Source: Sphingomicrobium sp.
Lineage (GTDB): Bacteria; Pseudomonadota; Alphaproteobacteria; Sphingomonadales; Sphingomonadaceae
Direction of reading: 5' to 3'
Length of the DNA stretch: 64,000 bases
Assembly: GCA_035537335.1 (NCBI GenBank)
Contig: DATLMM010000063.1
Coordinates: 1,576-65,575, forward strand
This document shows positions 48,661-58,101 of the stretch, one piece after another. The first letter of the stretch is position 1; every line of letters starts with the position of its first letter. The position numbers and the translations under genes are program-made. The notes under the pieces were generated by a model. That model made no database searches, was not told the origin of the DNA, and saw only the letters and a list, made by a program, of their open reading frames with translations.

Positions 48661-48843
48661 GGGCTGCGTGCCTCCAAGTGCCGCCGAAAACCGGGGCAAG
48701 ATCAGCGAAGGCTTAGCGGTAGCAGACGGCCAGGAGGACATGTCGGTTGTCGAATCATAACCTTTGCACCATATGGGTCTTATCACTGGCACGCTCCTAG
48801 CAGGCGCCGGTGGCTGAGAGTTTACCACTCCCGCCTGTTTGGA

Positions 48844-49227
48844 GTGGATATGATGTTCTCAGGGGACGACCCTACGGGCCCTAACGACAACCAGCCGCCG
48901 CTGCCCCGGCCCCGCTCGCAAGCGACGCTTGAATGCGAACTTTTCGAAAGCTTGATGCATCATCTCTTCGAGAAGGGCATCCTGACGAAGAACGACACGC
49001 TGAGTGTGATTCAAACAGTCGCGCAAGTAAGGCAGGGTCTGAAGGAAGAACCTGATGACGACGCTGACCAGCTGAACCGCGAGCTGGCGGCGCTTAAGCG
49101 GTTGTATCTCAGCTTCGAGCTGCTCACCGACCGTCCGATCACCGCGAAGGCCCTGCGAAGCGAGAATGTCGTACAGCTAAGGCACACATCGCACGGCGAG
49201 AACCCGGGGTTTCCGTCAGCAAGCTAA
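48844..49227 (+). CDS. Hypothetical protein
   Basis: ORF with helical core (LFESLMHHLFEKGILT); no recognised family. Confidence 0.5.
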   Translation: MDMMFSGDDPTGPNDNQPPLPRPRSQATLECELFESLMHHLFEKGILTKNDTLSVIQTVAQVRQGLKEEPDDDADQLNRELAALKRLYLSFELLTDRPITAKALRSENVVQLRHTSHGENPGFPSAS

Positions 49228-49228
49228 G

Positions 49229-49984
49229 CTAGTTGCTGCTGCGCTTCTCGGCTGATTGCAGGAACAGGTACGCTGGATTGAAGTCGCCTGCTGCAGCAAG
49301 CTTCCGCCAGTCGCCGATGATTACGGATTTCGGCGTGGCTCGTTGGATCAAGCCGAGATCGGCCAACACCATCAGCATGCGATTGACATGGACCGGCGTC
49401 ATACCAGTCGCATCGGCCAGCTGATCTTGAGTCATCGGCAATTCGTAGCTCAGCTGCTTGCCGAGGCTCACAGCCTCCAGCTTTAGCGCGAACTCGCACA
49501 GCAGATGAGCGATCCGTTGAGCGCCATCTCGCCTGCCGACGTTGGCAACCCATTCACGATGGATGGAGCCGTCCACCAGCGTGTCGTACCAAAGCGCGTC
49601 CTTGATAGCCGGCCGCGCGTCGCCCAGCACACGAATTGCCTCAAACGGGATCTTCGCCATCTTGCACTCAGTGATCGCTTGAACGCTGTGATCGGCAACC
49701 CCCAACACGGCGTTCTGCAGGTCGATCAAGTCGCCCTTCATATGAATCGAAAGTATCTGCCGCCCGCCATCACCGACGATCTTGTAGCGAATGCAGTATC
49801 CCGACAGGATCAGCCAACAGTGGGATGTGTAATCACCTTCCGTGATAAAGGATCGCTGTTTGGCCAAGGTGACAATGCTGTGGGGAAGGCAAAGCAACGC
49901 TTGTTCGTCTGAAGCGCTGAGCGGCGCCCACAGCCTGAGCTTGCGCAGCATGATTTCAAGTTCAGGTGCAGGCTTGTTGCTCAT
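49229..49984 (-). CDS. Crp/Fnr family transcriptional regulator
   Basis: cNMP-like domain (GGRQILSIHMKGD) and HTH LPMTQDQLADATGMTPVHVNRML. Confidence 0.92.
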   Translation of the reverse strand: MSNKPAPELEIMLRKLRLWAPLSASDEQALLCLPHSIVTLAKQRSFITEGDYTSHCWLILSGYCIRYKIVGDGGRQILSIHMKGDLIDLQNAVLGVADHSVQAITECKMAKIPFEAIRVLGDARPAIKDALWYDTLVDGSIHREWVANVGRRDGAQRIAHLLCEFALKLEAVSLGKQLSYELPMTQDQLADATGMTPVHVNRMLMVLADLGLIQRATPKSVIIGDWRKLAAAGDFNPAYLFLQSAEKRSSN

Positions 49985-50234
49985 CTCTGACGCCCCATGG
50001 CGGCGGGAGCCGTAGGGTCCTCGCCAATGCCGGACTGCCTTGGCGGCCCATCTGAATGCCCATTTAAGGGGAGTGTGAGCTACGCGCCAGAGTCCAATCT
50101 TGTGCAAGATCCTATCCTATGTGGGAGTTATATTTGGCTCCCCGAAGTATCAGGTACAGATCGACGGCATGAACCAGCCAGCCGCCGCCTGAGAGACGTT
50201 CGTCCTGCTCCCGGCTTTCAGAAGCGAGACAGCA

Positions 50235-50477
50235 ATGCCTTGGCAAACGGACGAACAATACTTCTCGGGTCGGGCCTTGACTGAGCGGAGGCTGTCCGAG
50301 GAAGCCTCTAGCGCAGAGGTGGCCCGCATCCATGAAGAGCTAGCTCGTGGGTACGAAATTTTGGCGGGACAAGAACCTCAGGAGCAGCGATCTGCTGTCT
50401 TGCTGGCATTTGCCAGGTCCTCAACTTCCTCAACCGCGGAGCACGAGGGATTGCAGAATCTCCTCCACTCGAATTGA
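50235..50477 (+). CDS. Small hypothetical protein
   Basis: YFSGRALTERRLS...RIHEELARGY helical pattern; divergent from the Crp/Fnr gene. Confidence 0.5.
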   Translation: MPWQTDEQYFSGRALTERRLSEEASSAEVARIHEELARGYEILAGQEPQEQRSAVLLAFARSSTSSTAEHEGLQNLLHSN

Positions 50478-50636
50478 AGGTCGTAACGAGGCTCAGGTGC
50501 TCTGAAAGCAGCCCAGCTTTCGCGCGGCCGGATGCAGGTTCTCAGGCCACCTAAACGGCGATTTGTCCGCTTCCCATCCAGGTCAACGATTTCAGTTCGC
50601 CTTGCCTAGGTCCTCCCCACCCGCCAAGCGCTCGAC

Positions 50637-51098
50637 ATGCGCATCGCTCTGTTCGAACCGGAAATCGCTGGCAATGTCGGGGCGGTGCTCAGGCTCGGTG
50701 CTTGCCTAGGAGCCGAGGTGGACCTGATCGAGCCATTAGGCTTCGAGTGGGACGACCGACGCGTGCGGCGAACAGCGATGGACTATATCGATCATGTCGC
50801 CGTCGCTCGCCATGCCGACTTCGACGCGTTCAGGGCCAGCCTTCCCGGCCGCAGGCTAGTTCTATTGACGACCAAGGCCAGTGTATCGGCCTACGACTTC
50901 AGCTTCGATCCGAACGACATCCTGCTGTTCGGCAAGGAGAGCGGTGGCGTGCCACCGATGGTCGCTCAGGCCTGCGATGCCCACGTGCGCCTGCCGATGC
51001 GGCCGCAGGTCCGCTCCTTGAACCTTGCAATGTCGACGGCGCTGGCGCTAGGCGAGGCCTTGCGGCAGACGGGCTCACTCCCCGGAACGGCATCGTGA
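50637..51098 (+). CDS. trmL: tRNA (cytidine34-2'-O)-methyltransferase
   Basis: PEIAGNVG, LIEPLGF, LLFGKESGG, RSLNLA (SPOUT). Confidence 0.93.
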   Translation: MRIALFEPEIAGNVGAVLRLGACLGAEVDLIEPLGFEWDDRRVRRTAMDYIDHVAVARHADFDAFRASLPGRRLVLLTTKASVSAYDFSFDPNDILLFGKESGGVPPMVAQACDAHVRLPMRPQVRSLNLAMSTALALGEALRQTGSLPGTAS

Positions 51099-51279
51099 GG
51101 TGGATCGGGGGTCATCGCCCTTGAACAATAGATATTGGTCTGCTCTCGAACCCGCGCGCGGCTAGCCCACGACTTTTCTTCATCCACCAGGCTGCAGGAT
51201 AGCAACACCTCACGACCGCGATCATTGGGACCGTTCCGGCAATGCTTGCCGCCGCTTATTCAGTCGCTAGAGACAAGCC

Positions 51280-51735
51280 ATGCCGATCGCTTCAGTCGAC
51301 GAAATTCGCAGCAAGGTTGGTTCCGAGATCGGCGTGTCCGACTGGATTACCGTAGATCAGAGCCGCATCAACGCCTTCGCCGACACCACAGAGGACCATC
51401 AGTTCATCCACATCGATGAGTCCGCCGCAAAGCAGACGCCGTTTGGCGGCACCATCGCGCACGGCTTTCTGTCACTATCGCTACTCAGCCGCATGGCGGC
51501 GGACGTGATGCTGGTGCCTGAGACGATCAAGATGGGCGTGAATTACGGCTTTGACCGCGTGCGCTTCCTTGCTCCGGTAAAAGCCGGCAGCCGAGTCCGC
51601 GGTCGCTTCGTGCTGGACAGTGCCGAGGAGAAGGCCGCCGGCCAACTGCTCACCCGTCACACCGTGACGGTTGAGATCGAGGGCGAGGAGAAGCCTGCGC
51701 TGACTGCCCAGTGGCTGGGATTGTTGTTTATCTAA
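51280..51735 (+). CDS. MaoC-like dehydratase
   Basis: FADTTEDHQFIH, TIAHGFLSL, NYGFDRVRF. Confidence 0.93.
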   Translation: MPIASVDEIRSKVGSEIGVSDWITVDQSRINAFADTTEDHQFIHIDESAAKQTPFGGTIAHGFLSLSLLSRMAADVMLVPETIKMGVNYGFDRVRFLAPVKAGSRVRGRFVLDSAEEKAAGQLLTRHTVTVEIEGEEKPALTAQWLGLLFI

Positions 51736-51752
51736 GCGCTGGCAACGAAGAA

Positions 51753-51843
51753 AACCGATGCCCCGAGCTTGTCGAAGGGCTGCCCTTCTCTTAGCTGCCG
51801 GAAGAACAAGGACAGGGCTTCGGCAGGCTCAACCCAGACGGTT
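51753..51843. repeat. REP-like palindromic element
   Basis: AACCGATGCCCCGAGCTTGTCGAAGGGCTGCCCTT ... AAGGACAGGGCTTCGGCAGGCTCAACCCAGACGGTT imperfect inverted arms. Confidence 0.65.
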
Positions 51844-51876
51844 GGGGCGCGGAGCACAAATGAACGGAACCACCTC

Positions 51877-53064
51877 ATGCCGACCGCCGCACGCGACGCC
51901 GTTATCGTTTCCACCGCCCGCATCCCGATCGGCCGTGCCTACCGCGGCGCTTTCAACGCCACTCCTTCACCCACGCTGACTGCCCACGCGATCCGGGCGG
52001 CTGTGGAGCAGGCCAAGGTCGATCCGGCCGAGATCGAGGACTGCATCATCGGCGCGGCGCTGCAGCAGGGCGTGCAGACTACCATTGGCCGCACCGCGGC
52101 CCTTCGCGCCGGGCTCGGCGTCGGTGTCGCCGGCATGTCGATCGACCGGCAGTGCGCGTCCGGCCTGATGGCCATCGCCACCGCCGCCAAGCAGGTCATC
52201 GTCGACCGCATGGACGTATGCGTCGCCGGCGGCGTGGAGAGCATCAGCCTGGTTCAGACGCCGGAGATGCGGGTCGGCTCCGACCCCGAGCTGCTCAGCA
52301 TGCACAATGCGGTCTACATGCCGATGATCCAGACCGCCGAGGTGGTCGGACAGCGCTATACCATCAGCCGGGAGCGCTGCGACGAATATGCGCTCCGCTC
52401 TCAGCAGCGCACCGCCGCCGCGCAGGCAGAAGGTCGCTTCGCCGACGAGATCGTCGAAGTCACCGCGCGCATGGCGGTCAAGAACAAGGAAACTGGCGAG
52501 ACCTCCATGCAGGAGGTCACTCTGGCCAAGGACGAAGGCAACCGGCCGCAGACCACGCTGGAGGACCTCGCCAAGCTGCAACCAGTGATGGGCCAGGAAG
52601 CGGTAATCACCGCCGGCAATGCCTCGCAGCTGTCGGACGGCGCCTCGGCCTGCGTGGTGATGGACTCGGCTTACGCAGAGAAGAAGGGGCTTGAGCCGCT
52701 CGGCCGCTACCTCGGCATGGCCGTCGCCGGCACGGAGCCCGACGAGATGGGCATCGGTCCGGTATTTGCCGTGCCCAAGCTGCTCAAGCGCTTCGGCCTG
52801 ACCGTTGACGACATTGGCTTGTGGGAGCTGAACGAAGCCTTCGCGGTGCAGGTGCTTTACTGCCAGGACAAGCTCGGCATTCCTGACGAGCTCCTCAACG
52901 TCAACGGCGGCGCCATCTCCATCGGCCACCCTTACGGCATGAGCGGCGCACGCCTGACTGGCCACGCCCTGCTCGAAGGCAAGCGCCGCGGAGCCAAGCA
53001 TGTGGTGGTCACCATGTGTGTCGGCGGCGGCATGGGCGCGGCGGGGCTATTCGAGGTATTCTAA
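51877..53064 (+). CDS. Acetyl-CoA C-acyltransferase (thiolase)
   Basis: RQCASG, NEAFA, GHPYG, MCVGGG. Confidence 0.95.
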   Translation: MPTAARDAVIVSTARIPIGRAYRGAFNATPSPTLTAHAIRAAVEQAKVDPAEIEDCIIGAALQQGVQTTIGRTAALRAGLGVGVAGMSIDRQCASGLMAIATAAKQVIVDRMDVCVAGGVESISLVQTPEMRVGSDPELLSMHNAVYMPMIQTAEVVGQRYTISRERCDEYALRSQQRTAAAQAEGRFADEIVEVTARMAVKNKETGETSMQEVTLAKDEGNRPQTTLEDLAKLQPVMGQEAVITAGNASQLSDGASACVVMDSAYAEKKGLEPLGRYLGMAVAGTEPDEMGIGPVFAVPKLLKRFGLTVDDIGLWELNEAFAVQVLYCQDKLGIPDELLNVNGGAISIGHPYGMSGARLTGHALLEGKRRGAKHVVVTMCVGGGMGAAGLFEVF

Positions 53065-53113
53065 GCGAGGCGATGGCTGCCCGCGCCTGACCCATGATTG
53101 AAGCGCGTGCGGC

Positions 53114-53444
53114 TCACGTCGCCGCGTTGAGTTCCTCGATCGAGCGCGGCTCGAGGTGGCGGTTGCCATTGGCCCTCATCCGGCGTTCGACCATGACGGG
53201 GTAGACCTTCAGCCGTGCTCTCCGCAGCGATCCCTTGTGCCGACTCCGGTAGCAGGTCGTTGCCAATAATCTGCTCGGCTCTGAGAATCCCGGTGGCCTT
53301 GGCGTGGCTCGTCCGCATGGCATGACCCTCCTTCTTCAGCTGGAGGTCGGCCAGCTTCTCGAAGGTCTCACCAATCTGCTGAATGGTCTCCGCTTCGTCG
53401 CTGGCGGGCTGTTCGATGTCAGGGTGGTAGCGAACGAGGCGCAT
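53114..53444 (-). pseudogene. Internally deleted catalase-like gene
   Basis: N-terminus MRLVRYHPDIEQ..MRTSHAKATG..AQG joined out of frame to a C-terminus-like GSLRRARLKVY..EPRSIEEL at about 53230. Confidence 0.6.
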
Positions 53445-53503
53445 GAGCGATCCTTGGTCCGGGGGCTTGCTCTTGTTCAACGCGCCTGACAGCATCTGGC
53501 CCT

Positions 53504-54103
53504 ATGTCCGGTGTCGAACTGCTCGCCTTGGCCGCTTCCACCAGCCTGCTGGCGGGCTGGCGGTTGTACCTCGTCACCTTCGTCACCGGTGTCGCGATGC
53601 GTTGGGGGCTGATCGACTTGCCGGACAAGCTTGCCGCCTTGGACGTGCTGGCCAATCCGTGGGTAATCGTGCTCGCCGGAGCGGCCGCGGTGTTCGAGTT
53701 CTTCGCCGACAAAATCCCCTTCATCGACAGCCTGTGGGACGGCATTCACAGCGTGGTCCGCCCGCTCGGAGGCGCGCTGCTGTCGCTGGCAATCGTCGAT
53801 GCGGGAGATCCGGCGTGGCAGGTCGCAAGCTTCCTGCTCGGCGGTGGGGCGGCCTTTGTCGCTCACGCCGGCAAGGCTGGCGCGCGCACGCTGGTCAACG
53901 CCAGCCCCGAACCGTTCAGCAATATTGCCGTGTCCGCGACCGAGGACGTCGCGACTGCTGGGCTGCTTGCACTGGCCATCGCCAATCCGATCGCGGCGGC
54001 GCTGGTTGCGCTGATCCTGGTTGTGCTGTCGTCATGGCTCGTACTGGCGGCAAGGCAAACGTTGAAGAGGCTGCTGACCGGGGTGAACCGAACGCCTGTC
54101 TAG
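53504..54103 (+). CDS. DUF4126-like membrane protein
   Basis: AGWRLYL, EFFADKIPFIDSLWD, SPEPFSN..S..ED. Confidence 0.85.
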   Translation: MSGVELLALAASTSLLAGWRLYLVTFVTGVAMRWGLIDLPDKLAALDVLANPWVIVLAGAAAVFEFFADKIPFIDSLWDGIHSVVRPLGGALLSLAIVDAGDPAWQVASFLLGGGAAFVAHAGKAGARTLVNASPEPFSNIAVSATEDVATAGLLALAIANPIAAALVALILVVLSSWLVLAARQTLKRLLTGVNRTPV

Positions 54104-54136
54104 CCGTTCCCCCTCGAAACAGGAGGAACTTACGAT

Positions 54137-54397
54137 ATGGCCGAAGGTGGACACACGAGCCTGGTGGAGCGGATCGCGCGAGTGCTGGCCGGTGCGGCAC
54201 ACAGCAGCAATGCGGACGGCAGCGACCCTAGCGCGGGCGAGAAGGTCGATCTGGTATGGCACGAGCACCGCAACCAGGCGCTTGCCGTACTGCACGCCAT
54301 TCGCGAGCCAGATGGAGCTGGAGCCGCCGCTGGCGATCCGCAGCTCTGGCAACGGATGGTTGAAGCTTCGATCGCTGCCGAGAAGACCGGCAACTGA
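54137..54397 (+). CDS. Small hypothetical protein
   Basis: AGGAGG RBS; LVERIARVLA..REPD..WQRMVEA; TGAAC-N16-CGTT at 54084-54108. Confidence 0.7.
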   Translation: MAEGGHTSLVERIARVLAGAAHSSNADGSDPSAGEKVDLVWHEHRNQALAVLHAIREPDGAGAAAGDPQLWQRMVEASIAAEKTGN

Positions 54398-54402
54398 CAA
54401 GC

Positions 54403-54436
54403 AAAAGGCCGCCCGAGGTTACCCCGGACGGCCTTT
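54403..54436. terminator. Probably bidirectional intrinsic terminator
   Basis: AAAAGGCCGCCCGAGG-TTA-CCCCGGACGGCCTTT between convergent genes. Confidence 0.7.
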
Positions 54437-54466
54437 CCATTGTCGAGCCGGGTGGCGGCCTGACGC

Positions 54467-54520
54467 TTAAGCAATCACCTCAGCGGAGGCGACGCCCACC
54501 GACTTGGGACAATGAGACAT
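54467..54520 (-). CDS. 17-aa small ORF MSHCPKSVGVASAEVIA
   Basis: GAAAGGAGGTG Shine-Dalgarno just upstream of ATG; followed by terminator. Confidence 0.5.
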   Translation of the reverse strand: MSHCPKSVGVASAEVIA

Positions 54521-54588
54521 CAGACCACCTCCTTTCGATTGTTGAACGATGGTGGGGAGATGGGATCGGATCTCGCGATTTCAAGCGC

Positions 54589-55809
54589 TTAGTTGTGAGC
54601 AGCAATCCATTCTTCGACCACCGGAGCGATCCGCTCGCGCCACTTGCGGCCATTGAAGATGCCGTAATGACCCACGTCTCTGGCCATGAGGTACTTCTTG
54701 TCTGCGTCCAACAGCTTGCCGGCGAGCGCAAGCGCTGCCTTGGTCTGCCCTAGGCCCGAGATGTCGTCTCGCTCGCCCTCGATCGCCAGCAGGGCTGTGC
54801 GGGTGATTGCCGCCGGATCGACGTGGCGTCCGCGATGCTCATACTCGCCCTTCGGCAGGGCATGGCGCTGGAACACGAGGTCGATCGTCTGAAGGTAGAA
54901 TTCCGCCGTCATGTCGCAAACGGAGCGATACTCTTCGTAGAAATCCCGTGTTGCATCGGCGCTCTCGTCGTCGCCCACCACGAGATGCTTGAACATCTCC
55001 CAATGGCTGATGAGATGACTGCCAAGATTCATGGTCATGAAGCCGGCGAGCTGCAGGAAGCCGGGGTAAACTCTCCTCCCGGAGCCCGGGTAGATCCCCG
55101 GCACGGTCGCGATGACGTTCTGCTGGAACCAGGCATGAGGTCGCTGGGTGGCCAGCGTGTTCACCGCAGTCGGCGCCTCGCGAGTGTCGATCGGGCCGCC
55201 CATCAGGGTAAGTGTCTTGGGCGTCGCCGGGTGCCCATCGGCGTTCATCAGGGCGACGGCGGCGTAGGCCGGCACTGACGGCTGGCATACCGCCAGCATG
55301 TGCGCGCCCGGCCCAATCGCCTCCAGATATTCGATCAGATAGTCGACATAGTCGTCCAGATCGAAGCTGCCGTCGGCCAGCGGGACCATCTTCGCGTCGC
55401 GCCAGTCGGTGATGAACACTTGATGCCCCGGCAGCATCCGTTCGACCGTGCCACGAAGCAAGGTCGCGAAATGGCCTGACATCGGAGCGACGATGAGCAG
55501 CTTGGGCTGGCCCTCGGGCGCGCCAGCCTTCACAAAGCGCTTCAGTTGGCCGAACGGCTTGCGGAGCACCACTTCCTCGTGAACCGGCAGCAGCTTGCCG
55601 TCGACCTTGGTCTCGAACAGGTCGAAAGCGGGCTTTCCGCGTGGCGCGGCGGCGTGGGCGAAAACGTCGAGACTGGCTGCGACGATCGGGCTCATGCCCT
55701 GATAGCGGAGTGGATTGCTGGCGCTGTTCAGCCAGCTAGCACTTAGACCTGCAAGCTGGCTTGCCCCTGCCAGCCATGACCGCTGCACTTCGTAAGCATC
55801 GTAAAGCAT
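54589..55809 (-). CDS. phaZ: Intracellular polyhydroxyalkanoate depolymerase
   Basis: APMSGHFATLLR, AVCQP catalytic Cys, EGERDDI, GHYGIF. Confidence 0.94.
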   Translation of the reverse strand: MLYDAYEVQRSWLAGASQLAGLSASWLNSASNPLRYQGMSPIVAASLDVFAHAAAPRGKPAFDLFETKVDGKLLPVHEEVVLRKPFGQLKRFVKAGAPEGQPKLLIVAPMSGHFATLLRGTVERMLPGHQVFITDWRDAKMVPLADGSFDLDDYVDYLIEYLEAIGPGAHMLAVCQPSVPAYAAVALMNADGHPATPKTLTLMGGPIDTREAPTAVNTLATQRPHAWFQQNVIATVPGIYPGSGRRVYPGFLQLAGFMTMNLGSHLISHWEMFKHLVVGDDESADATRDFYEEYRSVCDMTAEFYLQTIDLVFQRHALPKGEYEHRGRHVDPAAITRTALLAIEGERDDISGLGQTKAALALAGKLLDADKKYLMARDVGHYGIFNGRKWRERIAPVVEEWIAAHN

Positions 55810-55935
55810 TCAACCTCGTTCAGAAAAGCGTTCCCCCGGACAACCGGTGTGGAGCCGAAAGGGTCCGGTTCGCAAGCGCAATCACTTGGGCGACAGGCTG
55901 GTGACGGCCGGGCCCTCCCCTGCTAACCGCCGCGC

Positions 55936-57720
55936 ATGGCCACTTCGCCGACCGACCCCGACAAGGGCAGCCGAAGCATCGGCAATCTGAAGCTCGTATG
56001 GCAGGCCGCGGCTCGCTACCCGGGCAGGATTGCGGGCGCCCTGTTCTTCCTGGCGCTGTCATCGGCCGCGACGCTGGCGATCCCTTATGGCTTCAAGCAA
56101 GTCATCGACCGCGGTTTCGGCAGCGGTTTGATCAGCGCCGACGCGGTCAGCCAGGCTTTTCAGCTGCTGCTGGTCATTGTCCTTGTGCTGGCGCTGGCGA
56201 CCGGCTTTCGCTTTTACTTCGTCTCGTGGCTTGGCGAGCGAACTGTGGCCGACCTGCGCCGCCGGGTGCAACGCAATCTCCTCACCCTTCCACCGCGCTT
56301 CTTCGAAGAGAACCGCCCGTCGGAAATCGCCTCGCGGCTGACTGCCGACACGGCCATCCTGGAGCAGGTTGTCGGCTCCTCCGCTTCATTCGCGTTGCGC
56401 AACCTCGTCACCGGAATTGGCGGGATCATCTATCTGTTCGCCTTGTCGCCCAAGCTGGCGGGGCTGCTGCTGGTCGGCATTCCCCTGCTGTTCGGGCCGA
56501 TCATCCTGTTCGGCCGCAAGATCCGTACCTTGTCGCGAGACAGTCAGGATCGGGTCGCGGACGTTGGTACCAACGTTTCGGAAGTGCTCGGCGCGATGAA
56601 GATCGTGCAGGCGTTCGGACAAGAAAGTCGCGAAGAGGCCCGTTTCGCCGACACCGTCGAACGGGCGTTCGCCACCGCGCGCACCCGGATGCGCCTCCGC
56701 GCAGTAATGACGGTGGTGCTGATCGCGCTCATGTTCGGCGCGATCGTGATGGTGATCTGGGAAGGCGCGCGGGATGTTGCCGCGGGCACCATGACCGGAG
56801 GCGAAATTGCCGCTTTCGTCTTTACCGGGGTGCTGGTCGGCGGAGCCTTCGCGGCCCTGTCCGAGGTTTACGGCGACCTGCTGCGCGGGTCGGGCGCAGC
56901 CGGGCGGATCGCCGAACTGATCGCGGCCAAGGCAGAGATCAAGGCACCTGCTGTTCCCGTTCCACTCCCCGACCCGCCGTTCGGATCGCTGGCATTCGAA
57001 GAGGTTGAATTCCGTTATCCTACGAGACCCGAGGAGAAGGCGGTTCACGATCTTACCCTGCGAGTAGCGCCGGGCGAGACAGTGGCGGTGGTAGGACCGT
57101 CAGGTGCCGGCAAGTCGACGCTGTTCCAACTGGCCCTGCGCTTCTACGATCCGCAGGCTGGTCGTGTGTTGATCGACGGAGTGGACGTGCGTGACGCCGA
57201 CCCGGCAGCGGTGCGAGCGCACATTGCGCTTGTACCGCAGGACACCGTGATCTTCGCGGCCTCGGCGCGGGACAATCTTCGCTATGGACGGTGGGACGCC
57301 TCGGATGCCGAAATCGAAGCAGCGGCTCGAGCAGCCAACGCGCATGTGTTTCTGGCGACCCTCCCCGAAGGCTACGACACGTTTCTTGGCGAGAGCGGGA
57401 CGCGGCTGTCGGGCGGTCAGCGGCAACGCATCGCCATTGCCCGCGCGCTGCTGCGCGACGCGCCGCTGCTGTTGTTGGACGAGGCGACCAGCGCTCTCGA
57501 CGCGGAGAGCGAGGCTGCGGTGCAGCAGGCATTGGAGCGGCTGATGACTACTCGGACTACCGTGGTGATCGCTCACCGTCTGGCGACCGTTCGAGCAGCG
57601 AACCGGATCGTGGTGATGGAGGGCGGGCGGATCGTCGAGCAAGGGACCCATACCGAGCTCAGTGCCAATGGTGGGCTTTACGCTCGGTTGGCGCGGCTGC
57701 AGTTCGATGTGGCGGCTTGA
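55936..57720 (+). CDS. ABC exporter, fused permease/ATPase (MsbA-like)
   Basis: TM domain then GPSGAGKS, LSGGQRQR, LDEATSALD. Confidence 0.93.
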   Translation: MATSPTDPDKGSRSIGNLKLVWQAAARYPGRIAGALFFLALSSAATLAIPYGFKQVIDRGFGSGLISADAVSQAFQLLLVIVLVLALATGFRFYFVSWLGERTVADLRRRVQRNLLTLPPRFFEENRPSEIASRLTADTAILEQVVGSSASFALRNLVTGIGGIIYLFALSPKLAGLLLVGIPLLFGPIILFGRKIRTLSRDSQDRVADVGTNVSEVLGAMKIVQAFGQESREEARFADTVERAFATARTRMRLRAVMTVVLIALMFGAIVMVIWEGARDVAAGTMTGGEIAAFVFTGVLVGGAFAALSEVYGDLLRGSGAAGRIAELIAAKAEIKAPAVPVPLPDPPFGSLAFEEVEFRYPTRPEEKAVHDLTLRVAPGETVAVVGPSGAGKSTLFQLALRFYDPQAGRVLIDGVDVRDADPAAVRAHIALVPQDTVIFAASARDNLRYGRWDASDAEIEAAARAANAHVFLATLPEGYDTFLGESGTRLSGGQRQRIAIARALLRDAPLLLLDEATSALDAESEAAVQQALERLMTTRTTVVIAHRLATVRAANRIVVMEGGRIVEQGTHTELSANGGLYARLARLQFDVAA

Positions 57721-57726
57721 GGTAAC

Positions 57727-58098
57727 ATGCACGTGCACCACTCGCCTGGCACACCTCCTGCCGCTGAGATCACGTTCGATCAGTTCCTGGCAGTCGATGT
57801 ACGGGTTGGCCGGATCGTCGCAGCTGAGCCGTTCCCCCAGGCGCGAAAGCCTGCTTACAAGTTGGCGATTGACTTCGGATCAGCGGTTGGCGTCAAGCGG
57901 TCTTCCGCCCAGATCACCGAGCATTACGCGTTGGAGGAGTTGCCTGGGCGGCTGGTCGCGGCGGTGGTCAACTTTCCGCCGCGGCAGATCGGTCCCTTCG
58001 TGTCCGAGGTGCTGACCCTCGGCTTTCCCGATGAGGCCGGTGCTGTTGTGCTGTTTTCGCCCGATCGCGATGTTCCGCTCGGTGCTCGGCTCTTCTGA
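57727..58098 (+). CDS. csaA: tRNA-binding protein CsaA
   Basis: DVRVGRI, KRSSAQIT, VNFPPRQIG..SEVL. Confidence 0.9.
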   Translation: MHVHHSPGTPPAAEITFDQFLAVDVRVGRIVAAEPFPQARKPAYKLAIDFGSAVGVKRSSAQITEHYALEELPGRLVAAVVNFPPRQIGPFVSEVLTLGFPDEAGAVVLFSPDRDVPLGARLF

Positions 58099-58101
58099 GA
58101 G

